Positions 26,587-40,836 of a stretch of 64,000 bases of DNA are shown in pieces. The position numbers and the translations under genes are program-made. The notes under the pieces are model-generated. The model searched no databases, was not told the DNA's origin, and was given only the letters and a program-made list of their open reading frames with translations. The DNA is taken from contig OX597819.1 of NCBI GenBank assembly GCA_951406725.2, positions 8,494,001-8,558,000 of the forward strand, given 5' to 3'. Numbering within the stretch: position 1 is the first letter of the stretch; every line of letters starts with the position of its first letter. The DNA comes from Octopus vulgaris (lineage: Eukaryota).

Positions 26587-27224
26587 GTACATGTAAATAT
26601 ACACGCATGCAAGCATACATTCATGTACATATAAAGAGAAAAAGTTATGCACTTATACACACAGAGAAACACACTGACAGACATTTGCACACAAAAGCGA
26701 ACGCACAAACATTAGCAAAAGAACAAACATACTTATACATAGAAATACACATGCACACACAGTCACAAGGAACACAAAAACACACATATGCATGGAAACA
26801 CTAAAACACACGTACAGACATTGACATGCACATATAAGCCGAACGGACTGCCAGAATAGGAAAGACAGCATCAACGTGCCGTGCGTGCACAGACAAACAT
26901 AAAGGCGCACATCTGCGGAGGTATAGTTACAGACAACTGGTACACGCATCAATGCACACAAAAACTTAGCATGTCTTCAAACGGTTATGGCCATACCTGA
27001 CCTAGATATCACCAACTTATAGCTAGACCCTGGCAGTATTCGGGATGCATATGCAGTATGCACACAGACACAACATACACATGTATAGCGACGAATACAG
27101 ACAGTATATCTATACTTAAAGCGTCTGTGTGTATATATACGTATGTATATATATGTATATATATATATATATATAAGGATAATATCGATATTTAAATATC
27201 GATATTATGAAGTGGCCAGCATGG

Positions 27225-27477
27225 GAAAAATACCATACAAAGGTAATAATTTTTTTACAACAAAAAATAAGGGTGTCTGAGAGACACCACCATGCAGAAA
27301 TAGCAGTCAAAACCCTGACTCTAAGAACCACGTTAAATGACACCGGAAATGACAAATGAACCACCATTTAACGTGGTTCTTAGAGTCAGGGTTTTGACTG
27401 CTATTTCAGCATGATGGTGTTTCTCAGACACCTTTATTTTTAGTTGTAAAAAAATTATTACCTTTGTATGTATTTTC
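27225..27477. repeat. Long inverted repeat (~113-bp arms, 25-bp spacer) next to (TA)n
   Basis: 27225-27339 is the reverse complement of 27365-27477 with few mismatches. The motif tgacaccggaaatgacaaatg from the spacer recurs at about 28632. Confidence 0.85.
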
Positions 27478-27478
27478 A

Positions 27479-27547
<69 letters not shown>

Positions 27548-27548
<1 letters not shown>

Positions 27549-27864
27549 GGAGTAAATGTAAGGATAACCAAGTTAAGCAAATCGATATTCAAAAAATATC
27601 AAATACATTTAATACAAAAAATGTACATATGAATACATATACAAATATCCGACTTTTACAGAGTGGAAATAATATTAGGAATTAAGGGTGTTGAGTGGGA
27701 GCTTTATGAGTCCTACAAAACACCTTTAATCCCGGATATTATTTCCATTCTGCGTAAGTCGGACATCTCGTATGTATACATATGTATGTTTTTTGTATTA
27801 GATGTATTTGATATTTTTTCTCTATATCGAATTACTTAACTTGCTTGTCCTTACAGTTACTCTT
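27548..27864. repeat. ~315-bp imperfect palindrome (foldback/MITE-like)
   Basis: gagtaaatgtaaggataaccaagttaag...aatatcaaatacat...ccgactt...ggaaataatat...attaagggtgtt is mirrored by aacacctttaat...atattatttcc...aagtcgg...atgtatttgatatt...cttaacttg...ccttacagttactc; centre near 27705. Confidence 0.8.
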
Positions 27865-28325
27865 CTGCCGTCTCTAGTTAAAATTTCTTGAGCACTATGA
27901 AGTGTATTCTATACAGAGTATACCTGTCTCTAATCTCTCTCACTCCCACTCTCTCTCTATACACACACACATACACATGCAGATATATATATATATATAT
28001 GTATATGTAGAAAAATACAAACTGGGACAAGAACGCAAAACATTTTGAAGACGATACAAAAAAACACGGACGGGACATTCGAAGCCTTCAATCTTCAGTC
28101 AAGAACCGGATCATCTTCGCAATTTCGGCTGATTAATCTTGAGATTGCTCCGATCTGGCCAGCCCCAAGGAAAATCTAAGCCAAGCGCATTAGATTCCTT
28201 GGAAGAAAGCCTCGAACGTATACAAAACAAGGACGGAAAACCGGACGATGTTACACGAATAAGAATACAAAAATACGTAAAAACAATAATGATAATAATA
28301 ATAACAACAAAAAGAGGACGTCACA

Positions 28326-28383
<58 letters not shown>

Positions 28384-28425
28384 TAAAAAATGGAGTTAAC
28401 GCAGGTGTAATCAAATATTTTTACT

Positions 28426-28505
28426 TTCGACACATGTTTCGAAAAATCCACTGATACTATTCAAAAGAATAAATGGTATAAACAATGCAATCTTCTCCTC
28501 AGGAA
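28426..28505 (-). ncRNA. Type I hammerhead ribozyme, H2-related family, in a ~180-bp element (28381-28560) between (TA)n arrays
   Basis: Minus strand: ttc-CUGAGGA-gaagatt...gatttttc-GAAA-CAUGUG-UC-gaa. Stem III ACA-UG-UGU, GUC site; stem I only about 3 bp. Downstream context resembles the 10264 element. Confidence 0.65.
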
Positions 28506-28557
28506 CTATTTATTTATTTTTTCCGTGTTAATTGTTAACAAGGTAAAAATACCATCC

Positions 28558-28619
<62 letters not shown>

Positions 28620-28974
28620 AGAACAAAGAGATGACACCGGAAATGACAAATGTTATGTTATGTACTTCAAAAATTCACAACTGTTGCTGCCGCTGTATGT
28701 AGTGTACACTTGGTTGGTTACCAAGACAACATTCCATAGTTTTACCTGGGCCTTAAATGTGAAGTGCACTTGATTTGGGAAAAGTACATTTCTGAAATAT
28801 AAAGGCGTTACGAGTGAGAAAGATTATAAGAGTGCCTGTGTAAAATTCTATCAAAAAGCGTCGTCCCTTTCTGCCTGTTGCTAAACTATAATCACCTAAA
28901 ATTGTGTTCTCAACAATACGCATACTGAGTTCTACACCAGGTTAATGGTATTGCTATGTCTAAACAAATTATCA

Positions 28975-29123
<149 letters not shown>

Positions 29124-29172
29124 GAGATAGATATAGATTTAGATATAGATATCAATATTTATATATATATGT

Positions 29173-29229
<57 letters not shown>

Positions 29230-29528
29230 CAAGGAAAAATTATAACAAGGCGGTCAACAAAACCCCACCATTTATGGATTTATATATATACATATATATA
29301 TATACATACATACATATACATGTATGTATATATATATACATATGCATATATTTATACATATCTGTAATTGTATATGTATATACATATATATACATATATG
29401 TGAGTGTATATATATATATATAGGAATATGTATATATGCATGTATATAAATACACACACACACACACACAGATTATACTGACAAATTGAATATATGTATA
29501 CACTAATACATATTTTTGTGTATGCCTG

Positions 29529-29583
<55 letters not shown>

Positions 29584-29610
29584 TATATATTATATATATG
29601 TATGAATATA

Positions 29611-29649
<39 letters not shown>

Positions 29650-29919
29650 ATATAAAGTTGCTTACATATACATCACATGTTTATGTACACGCACATACGA
29701 ACGCACATCGTCATTCACACTCACACTAACACGTACACACTCATACATACATACACAAACGTGTTTGTCTGAGAAATATGAAGGTGAGAGGCACTCAACA
29801 CTTTTAGTACGAGTTTCTTATAGTCTTGTTTACAAGTTTGCTTCGGCCTCATGCATCTTGATTTTCCAGACTCGTTGCTGGACGCTGTCTCGTGGAGTTG
29901 CAACATGTTTTAGATAATA

Positions 29920-30015
<96 letters not shown>

Positions 30016-30217
30016 ATAATATTAATAGTGATAATAATAATAATAATAATATATTTACTTCAATATGCATAAAGCTAACAGAATACCACACACATATATA
30101 TATATATAATGAGTGTATATATTTCAGAAAAGATATCTATTCTGTAATTTTATACACAACATATCTTGTATCTATTATACATATTTACATTATATATATA
30201 AACACGAGATATATGTA

Positions 30218-30309
<92 letters not shown>

Positions 30310-30316
30310 TATATAA

Positions 30317-30682
30317 GGCGCAGGAGTGGCTGTGTGGTAAGTAGCTTGCTAACCAACCACACGGTTGCGGGTTCAGTCCCACTGCGTGGCATCTTGGGCA
30401 AGTGTCTTCTGCTATAGCCCCGGGCCGACCAATGCCTTGTGAGTGGATTTGGTAGACGGAAACTGAAAGAAGCCTGTCGTATATATGTATATATATGTAT
30501 ATGTGTGTTTGTGTGTCTGTGTTTGTCCCCCTAGCATTGCTTGACAACCGATGCTGGTGTGTTTATGTCCCCGTCCCTTAGCGGTTCGGCAAAAAGAGAC
30601 CGATAGAATAAGTACTAAAAGGTGGTGCTCCAGCATGGCCGCAGTCAAATGACTGAAACAAGTAAAAGAGTAAAAGAGTAAA
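30317..30682 (+). mobile_element. SINE family A (internal deletion in 3' module)
   Basis: Complete head and tail; lacks the gggcttacaaag...ggggtcgat segment. Confidence 0.9.
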
Positions 30683-30766
30683 ATTATTATTATTATTATA
30701 AATTATTATTATTATTTGAGGAATAAAATCCAAACTTACAGGGAAAAAAATTTATATATATGTATG

Positions 30767-30836
<70 letters not shown>

Positions 30837-31034
30837 TTCTCTTTGCAAACAACATCAGTATAATTATTCACAGAAAAGTTGAGGGACACCGTCTTTTGGA
30901 GTGTGTATATATATACATATATATGTATATATGTATATATATGTATATACATATACATATTTATATACAATATATACATGAATATTTATGCATATATACA
31001 CATATATGTATATATTCATAAAATATATATTTTC

Positions 31035-31065
<31 letters not shown>

Positions 31066-31087
31066 TACACACATATATATATACATA

Positions 31088-31123
<36 letters not shown>

Positions 31124-31258
31124 CATATGTATATAGATATATATACATACATATGTATATAGATATATATATATACATATGTATATAGATATATATATAT
31201 ACATATGTATATAGATATATATATATACATATGTATATAGATATATATATACATATTT

Positions 31259-31328
<70 letters not shown>

Positions 31329-32107
31329 GCATGCACATTTGCAAGCATACAGAAATGCATACATATGTGTGAATGCATATTAGTGCTATATGCATAAGTA
31401 TATTCTCTATGTAAGTGATTTTCAAGTACTTATTTACTGTATTTCATTTATGCTGGAATGTGTGTTTGTTGTGCGTTTATATGTTTTTGTGCATATATAT
31501 GAAGTGGTGCTATTAAGTTCACCATGCGCTGAGCCTCTACTGGCCATAACCTATCTAAATTTTCTATGGAATATATATTTAAATATATCTTATATACTTG
31601 AGCTAAACTATAGACGTACATAAAATGTAGCAGCGGCTTTGTGTGTGGCACGTTTGTATGTTTATGCGATAAATATATAAGTATGTAAAATACAGACGCA
31701 TACAGAGTTGCATGTGCATGCCATCGCTTATGCTTGGTTCCATATGAATACGTGGATGTATAAGTATGTACATATTTTTATTACACACACACACACACAT
31801 AGATACACACACACACGCACATACACACACACACACATATATATATATATGGCAATAAATGAAAGTGAGTATGCATAGCTATATCTGTCCGTGTGTCTCC
31901 GTGTGTGCGTGTATGTCTCTGACAGATAGATGAAGAGAGAGAGAGAGAGAAAGAGAGAGTAATGAGATATATATATTCAAATGCGCATATTTATATATAT
32001 ATATGTTTAAGTATATAAATATATATAAATATACTTATATACATATAATATGTACATGCATCTATATACAAACACACACACGCAAACTCATACACCTACA
32101 CACACAC

Positions 32108-32151
<44 letters not shown>

Positions 32152-32170
32152 CATACATATACATTCATGT

Positions 32171-32221
<51 letters not shown>

Positions 32222-32332
32222 CATAGATACGAACATATATACATACAGACAGACATACATATATACATACATACATTTTTTTTTTATCTAGTTTCAGCTC
32301 ACAAACTGTGGCCATGCTAGGGCACCGCCATT

Positions 32333-32398
<66 letters not shown>

Positions 32399-32963
32399 GA
32401 TATATATGCATATGCATACATATATTTATATTGATATATGTATCATATATGTATACATACTTTGCATATAAATTCTTCTACTCACATACATACACACACA
32501 CACAGAAACACACACATGCGCACACACACAGAGACACAGACACATTTTTGTACATATGTATGTATGTATGTATGTATGTATATATATATATGTGTGTATA
32601 TATATGAGTCTTGCATGTGGAGAGATTTAAGCAGGGCCTGTGTCTTGTACATTGCTTTTTTTTTTTTACATTATATATATGCAATGCTTGAATTTCAATA
32701 AATTTCAATGTAATATTTTAGGAGTGAATTGGTTTACACATTCTGCCTAAGATTAGACATTTACACTCTTAGTGTTAAGGGATATCAACGATGACAACGT
32801 ACAAAAAAGATGAGAAATCAAGACTAAATGAATGGATAGCTGAAGCCTTAAATCTTACTTAATGTGAAACATAAGAAAAAAGTTCTATCAATATTTCAAA
32901 TTTCTTAGCATACATATATATGTATGTATGTATGCATGCAAACAAATATATATGTGCAAATGC

Positions 32964-33008
<45 letters not shown>

Positions 33009-33105
33009 CATATACATATATATGTATGTATGTATGTATGTATATATATATGTTTGTATGCATGTATATATATATATGTCAGGTCATATAACGAGGGAGC
33101 AGCCA

Positions 33106-33205
<100 letters not shown>

Positions 33206-33443
33206 GTATATATATATGTTTGTACATACATACATATGTATGTGTGAATATATATATATATATATTTGTGTATATTTACATATATATGTGTGTGTGTGTA
33301 TGTATGTATGTATGTATCGATATATATATATATGTATATATATATATACGTATATATATATGTATATATATATATACATATATAAATATATATATATATA
33401 TATATGTATGTATATATATATTTATATATATATACATATATAC

Positions 33444-33488
<45 letters not shown>

Positions 33489-33547
33489 GCTTTCGTGTTT
33501 GGATTAAATTTATATATATTTATATATACATATATATGTATATATAC

Positions 33548-33614
<67 letters not shown>

Positions 33615-33800
33615 TCATACATATATATGCGTACATAGATATATACATACGCGAGTGCCTGTACATATACACAAATATATATCTTGTCTATTAGCAACAA
33701 AGAAATGTTTCTTCATACATATATGCAGGATTGAACCATAAATCTTATATATATATACACGCACGCGCACACCCACACCCACCCACGCACACACACAACG

Positions 33801-33840
<40 letters not shown>

Positions 33841-34149
33841 GAAGAATTCTTCTAGTCGTGGCTATTATCACTCGTTAGATTTTCACACCCTAATTTGGCG
33901 CGAAAATTTGACGTGCGACTCAGTGAATATTTGCTATTTCCTTCCCATGTATACCCACAAAACATTCATACACTCACACACACACACACCTAACATAAAC
34001 AAACACATGTTTAAGGTTTCTCATTAGTTAATCACTATTTGTCATTCTTTTGTTCGGAAATGTAACATAGTTATGATACATAAAAATACACTTTGGAGCG
34101 AATACATACATCTACATGCATACACATTTACCAGCATACAGCTATACAG

Positions 34150-34204
<55 letters not shown>

Positions 34205-35881
34205 CATAAATGCCTATATATATATATATATATGCATACACACACATATATACAAAAGGAGGCAGAGAATCAAAGAGTATTAAGAAAATCGATATCATAA
34301 TACATTTACGAAATTATAAAAACACAGACACATCGAAAAATAGATAGATAGATCGATAGATAGATAGATAGACACACAAGACAATTTACATATCGTATAA
34401 TCACATCATGAAACATCATATCACGAAATTATATCAATAAGGGAGCATCGAATTTCAAACAGGGTATAGAATTCCAGAGTCAAGCGTTCCTTGTCCTGCA
34501 CACTCACTGTGCTTCATAGACCCTGTCCTACATAGCCTTGTCCTAATTACAGTCTGCTTTGCTGAGAGTGTTTCCACTCGGTTCTAACTACAGACATGGT
34601 AAATAGTAAGATGGCACACATAGACGAGAATGAATAAATGAATGAATGAATGAAATAATGAATGAATGAATGAACGCTGGTGTTGTTCTAAAAAAATTGC
34701 CTCCATGAAGCCATTCCATCTCTTTATGAAGCAGACGACTACCCGCGCCATCACGCTAGATTAAAATGGCTGATAGCAGACGATAAATTTGTACGTAAGC
34801 GACACGTGTCGTGATCGGAAGTCCCGGGAGCTAGGTTGACAAGAGAAAATTGCCGTCATCATTGTTGCTGCTGTTGTTGTCTTGTTACTGTTATCATTGT
34901 TGCTGCTGTGGTTCTTACTGTTGTTGCGGTGGTTATTGTGGTATGTTGGTGTCGTTATTGTCATTCGAGAGACGAATCTTGCTTGTCCACTAAATTTGGA
35001 ACTGTAGAACCACTGAAGGTTGAAAATATTCAGTGCTATCTGACAGTGCCAAGATCAGGGAACTTATTCGACAGATTTCTTCAGACTGCCACAGAATTTG
35101 GCTCGCCTGCTTAGCAGCTTTAGGGTATCATCCTCAATTTAATGCAGTGCGTTTCCCCTTCCTCTCTCTCTCTCCCCTCTCTCTCTCTCTCTCTCTCTCT
35201 CATACACACACGCACACACTTTATTTCCTATTCCTTCTGTCAGTCTTTCTCTAATTCACACTGCATATAGGTAGCTCTCCTTACAACCTCTTCTCACATT
35301 TCTCTTTTCTCTATTTCTCGTCCGCTCTTTCTTATTCCCATTCTTTCAATGTATTCCCTCTCTTTTTCATCCACACTTATTCACCTCTTCATCTCTCATT
35401 CCCCCTTGCGTGCATAATGTTCCTACAATATCTCTTTAACTAACCACTAATCTCTCTCATTCCTTAACAGCTCACACACCACTTTTTTCTTTTTCTTTTT
35501 TCTAAGCACGTACATATATGCACTCAAAAACACATACATTTATGCCATGGTGTATAAATTTGTACACAATCACACACATACACACTCACACACACACACA
35601 CACACACACATTATACATACATACATACACGTGCAGCATGACTGCATGGCTAAAGGGAACAAAAGAATAAAAGAAGGTACGTATGTAAGTGTGTGTGTGT
35701 ATATATGTATATATATATATGTGTATGTATATATATATATGTATATATATACGTATACATATATATATATATATGTATGTATGTATGTATATATATACAT
35801 ATATATATATACATGTATATATATATGTATGTATATATATATGTATATATATACGTATACATGTATATATATATATATATA

Positions 35882-35964
<83 letters not shown>

Positions 35965-36033
35965 GTATGTATGTATGTATGTATGTATGTATGTATGTGT
36001 GTATGTATGTATGGTAAATGAAAGACAGAAGAT

Positions 36034-36086
<53 letters not shown>

Positions 36087-36698
36087 TGTCTGTGCCAGTG
36101 TGTGTACGCGTGTGTATACGGGAATGATTAAGGATGCCGCTTTACAATTTCAAAGTACCGGATTGGATCCCACAGTCAGACGTTTGCCAAAAATCTATTA
36201 AAATCACCTTGGTTTGACCCTAATGCATAGAGGGAAATTGATTGGTTCCTACGTATAATTCAAAGATCCAGCTTAGACAAATACACCCAATGTGACCCTG
36301 ATTCTACACTAGGATAATGCTGAGTGTACACGTGAGGAACACGTGTCTGCCGAATATACACATATTCAATGAGTAGTTTCAGTTGATTGAACAACTACTC
36401 ATCACTCATCACTCATCGATCTCAAGATTTACTTTATTTTTTTTTATATTTAAAGGCTAGTATTTAATCTGTCGGTCGCTTTTTTGCAAACCTCAACGTT
36501 ACGGGAAGGCAAGCGGTAATGGGAGAACAAACACAGACACAAACACACAAATATGAATTTAGTATTCGTCTACCTGAATCCATTCACAAGTTTCGTCGGC
36601 TCGAGATTATAGTACAAAAACGCTTGCATAAACTGCCAACCACGTTATGGGAGACAAACTTCTTACCACACACACACACACACATATTCATATTTAAG

Positions 36699-36770
<72 letters not shown>

Positions 36771-36773
36771 GAG

Positions 36774-36882
<109 letters not shown>

Positions 36883-36954
36883 TATAGCTATAGATATATA
36901 TACTTAAATATATATATAGATAGATACATATACTATATATATATAGAGAGAGAG

Positions 36955-37032
<78 letters not shown>

Positions 37033-37215
37033 GCTTTTGTATATACACATATATATATACACGCACACACACACATATATATATACGTATATACATATAC
37101 ACACATATATATATATATATACAGACATACATATATACCGACAAACACTCACACATGCATATATGTATATACATATATATACACGCACACACACACACAT
37201 ATATGTATACATTGA

Positions 37216-37530
37216 CGCAGGTGTGGGCGCGGGTTCAGTCCCACTGCGTAGCACCTTGGGCAAGTGTCTTCTACGATAGTCTCGGACCCTTAAGCCTTGT
37301 TAGTGGATTTCAGTAGACAGAAAACTGAAAGAATCCCGTCATATATATGTGTATATATATGCGTGTCTTTGTGTCTGTATTTGTCCCCCCTCATCACTGC
37401 CTGACAACCGGTGTTGGTGCATTTCGTCCCCGTAACTTAGCAGTTCGGCAAAAAGTGACGATGGAATAAAAATTCACGGCGGTACTCCACCATGGCTGCA
37501 GTCTATTGACTAAAACAAGGAAAAGATAAA

Positions 37531-37533
<3 letters not shown>
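37216..37533 (+). mobile_element. SINE family A (diverged)
   Basis: gggttcagtcccactgcgtagcaccttgggcaagtgtcttc...tgactaaaacaaggaaaagataaaaga. Confidence 0.8.
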
Positions 37534-37608
<75 letters not shown>

Positions 37609-37744
37609 TAGTTTGTATATATAGTAGTTATATTTGTATATATATGTGTATACACACACACGCGCGTGCACACACACAGTTAGGTAGATATAGACATCTA
37701 TGTAAATACACGTGTGTATGTGTTCCCCATATATGTCACGTCAA

Positions 37745-37945
37745 AAGGGATCATTGGCTCAGAAGGCGGGTTTCCCGGATCCTGTGGCGTATATATTTCC
37801 CTCCCTAAACTGGGCGCCGGTTCGTTGCAATATTGATTGGGATGCAACAATGTGAAATGAAGTCTTTTGCTGAAGGACACAATGTATCGCTCGGTCCAGG
37901 AAGTAAAAACCCCAAAACTTACGATCAGGAGAGAGCAACACTCTG
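37745..37945 (-). mobile_element. Degenerate tRNA-derived SINE (B'-like middle, different tail)
   Basis: Minus strand ttgtgtccttcagcaaaagacttcatttcacattg resembles the B' middle; tail cgccacaggatccgggaaacc resembles 18525-18545. Confidence 0.5.
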
Positions 37946-38049
37946 AATTTTCAAAAGAAAACCAGAGCGTACGTAAATGCATACTTATGTACATATGAAT
38001 AATTGCATTGGACATAATTAAATACATAAACAAGTATAACAATATATAT

Positions 38050-38281
38050 ATTTCTTTACTACCCACAAAGGGCTAAACATAGAGGGGACAAACAAGGACA
38101 GACATCGGTATTAAGTCGATTACATCGACCCCAGTGCGAAACTGGTACTTTATTTATCGACCCCGAAAGGATGAAAGGCAAAGTTGACCTCGGCGGAATT
38201 TGAACTCAAAACGTAAAGACAAGCGAAATACCTATAAGCATTTCGCCCAGCGTGCTAACGTTTCTGTCAGCTCGCCGCCTT
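38050..38281 (-). mobile_element. tRNA-derived SINE family C
   Basis: Reverse complement of 48959-49188. Confidence 0.85.
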
Positions 38282-38434
38282 TATACATATATCAATTTAT
38301 ATATATATTTACATATATCAATTTATAAACGATATATATATATATATATATATATCAATTTATAAACGAAGATCTGTTAATAATTGATCATATTTGTGTT
38401 ACCGTGTGAGTGCGTGTATGTATATATATATATG

Positions 38435-38466
<32 letters not shown>

Positions 38467-38589
38467 TACTTAAAACAGTTTGATTCGGCTCCCTGCGACT
38501 TGAAGTTTTGCAGGCCTCTATCAGAATTCAGTCCGTCCCTTTCAGACTATAAATGAGTGTGTATGTGTGTATGTATATATATATATCTA

Positions 38590-38687
<98 letters not shown>

Positions 38688-38712
38688 GTATATATATATA
38701 TATATATATATA

Positions 38713-38930
38713 CTTTATTCACAAAAAGCAGCAGAAAATTCAACAAAACCTGTTACTCTGAGTTTCACGTTCCCGTTCGTCAGACAGTTTTTGCTAGAAC
38801 GGGAACGTGAAACTCAGAGTAACAGGTTTTGTTGAATTTTCTGCTGCTCTTGAATAAAGCATATTACTCTACCACTGGTATTTGAGTATTCTTTTTTCCA
38901 CCTTGTTTCACATTTATGTGTTTACTCCTG
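38713..38930 (+). mobile_element. Hammerhead-bearing inverted-repeat element, family H1, in (TA)n
   Basis: Same arm and tail as the 24201 copy. The forward arm is 5'-truncated at gaacgggaacgtgaaac (38797). Confidence 0.85.
38750..38787 (-). ncRNA. Minimal type I hammerhead ribozyme (fully canonical)
   Basis: Minus strand: ctgt-CUGACGA-ACG-ggaa-CGU-GAAA-CUC-A-GAG-UA-acag. All core nucleotides and three stems present. Confidence 0.85.
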
Positions 38931-39143
38931 TATATATATATATATACAAACAATTACAGACACACACACACATATTCAGCAGTGAACAAGTCTCTCTAAC
39001 AGAAGAAACCCCTCCCTTAAGTCTCTAGGCGTGTGCGGCCCAAGAGCCATTTGAAACATTTTACTTATATTGATGAGTGAAAATAAGCACCGAAACTGGT
39101 TTGCAAAATCATGTCAGCATTAACTACCTGTGCCCTCCCTACA

Positions 39144-39200
<57 letters not shown>

Positions 39201-39665
39201 TCATGATACTCATTCAAACATAAACATCTACAATCAACCATTCACAAGCCTATTTATTTACCAGGCAGTTCACACTGCCATTTCTCTACCCACCTACACA
39301 ATGACAGCTACAAACGGTTAATCAAAAATTCCAGGCAAATTTTTTACTTCAACTAAACTGAACTCCTGAAGATCATGATTCAGGGAAATAAATTAGACGC
39401 AAATATTTCCTTTTAACTGGGATAATACGCTAGTATTCCTGTTCATCCCCTGCTGTTAGATGTCTGACAGATGTACTGTGGCACCAACAAATTATGGAGG
39501 TGTCCCAAGTATACAAAGTAATCCCTTAACGGAAACTCATTAGGATGTAAAATCTGATCGACCAGTTCTAGCAGTGACTTGATTTTCTGACCTCGAAAGG
39601 AGAAAGGTAAAATTATTCAGGAACAGCATGAGGGTCCCAACAGTCCTACCCGCTCTACGATCAGT

Positions 39666-39735
<70 letters not shown>

Positions 39736-40389
39736 GAAGAAGAAGAAGAAGAAGAAGAAGAAGAAGAAGAAGAAGAAGAAGAAGAAGAAGAAGAAGAAGA
39801 AGAAGAAGAAGAAGAAGAAGAAGAAGAAGACATTAGGGAAAAATGTAAAACTTCAGAAGAACCAGTTCTAGCAGTGACATTGATTTTCTGATTGGAGAGT
39901 TCAAAATTATTCAGGAACAGCATGAGGGTTTCTCTAGTTGATATGACGACGCCAAATCATATATCTGTTTTTTAGTCATAGACTCAATGTATCTAGAATG
40001 AATTACATTATTCAAGTCCTTGTTTATTTCGAAGACTGTAAGATTTATTTATTTATTTATTTATTTTGTTCTTTATTTTCTTTTTTAAAGAAATTTAGCT
40101 GATATTTCTAGTAGGTTGCTCAGAACAGCCAGGGTTTCTCTAGTTGATATGACGACGCCAAATCATAAAACTGTAGTTAGAAATTTCACATTATTCCACT
40201 TATTTTTCCGGGCTTTCAGCCCGTTTATAAGATTTTTAATTTCACAGAGATTATTGAATTTGTAAAATGAAATTACAACCCTGAACATACACACTTACAT
40301 AAATACATTACTTTCATATATAAAATATATATATATATATATATATATATTGCGGGTGGGGTGTATGTATTTATGTATGTATGTATGTA

Positions 40390-40468
<79 letters not shown>

Positions 40469-40720
40469 CCACATACAACCTATAGGCATAGGAACACACA
40501 TACAACGCCAAGCATCTATTTCCAACTAAGTTTATCTTTATATACATATACATACATTCTTTCGTTCGTTATTCCGCATGTGTTAAAGATATAGATTATA
40601 AATATATCACTCTCATCTCACGTGCCATTCTATATCTATGTTTATGTGAAGTGTGTCCATAATTATACACACTCGCACGTAAATATATGCATACACACAT
40701 GGACACAAAAACGTATATAT

Positions 40721-40836
<116 letters not shown>

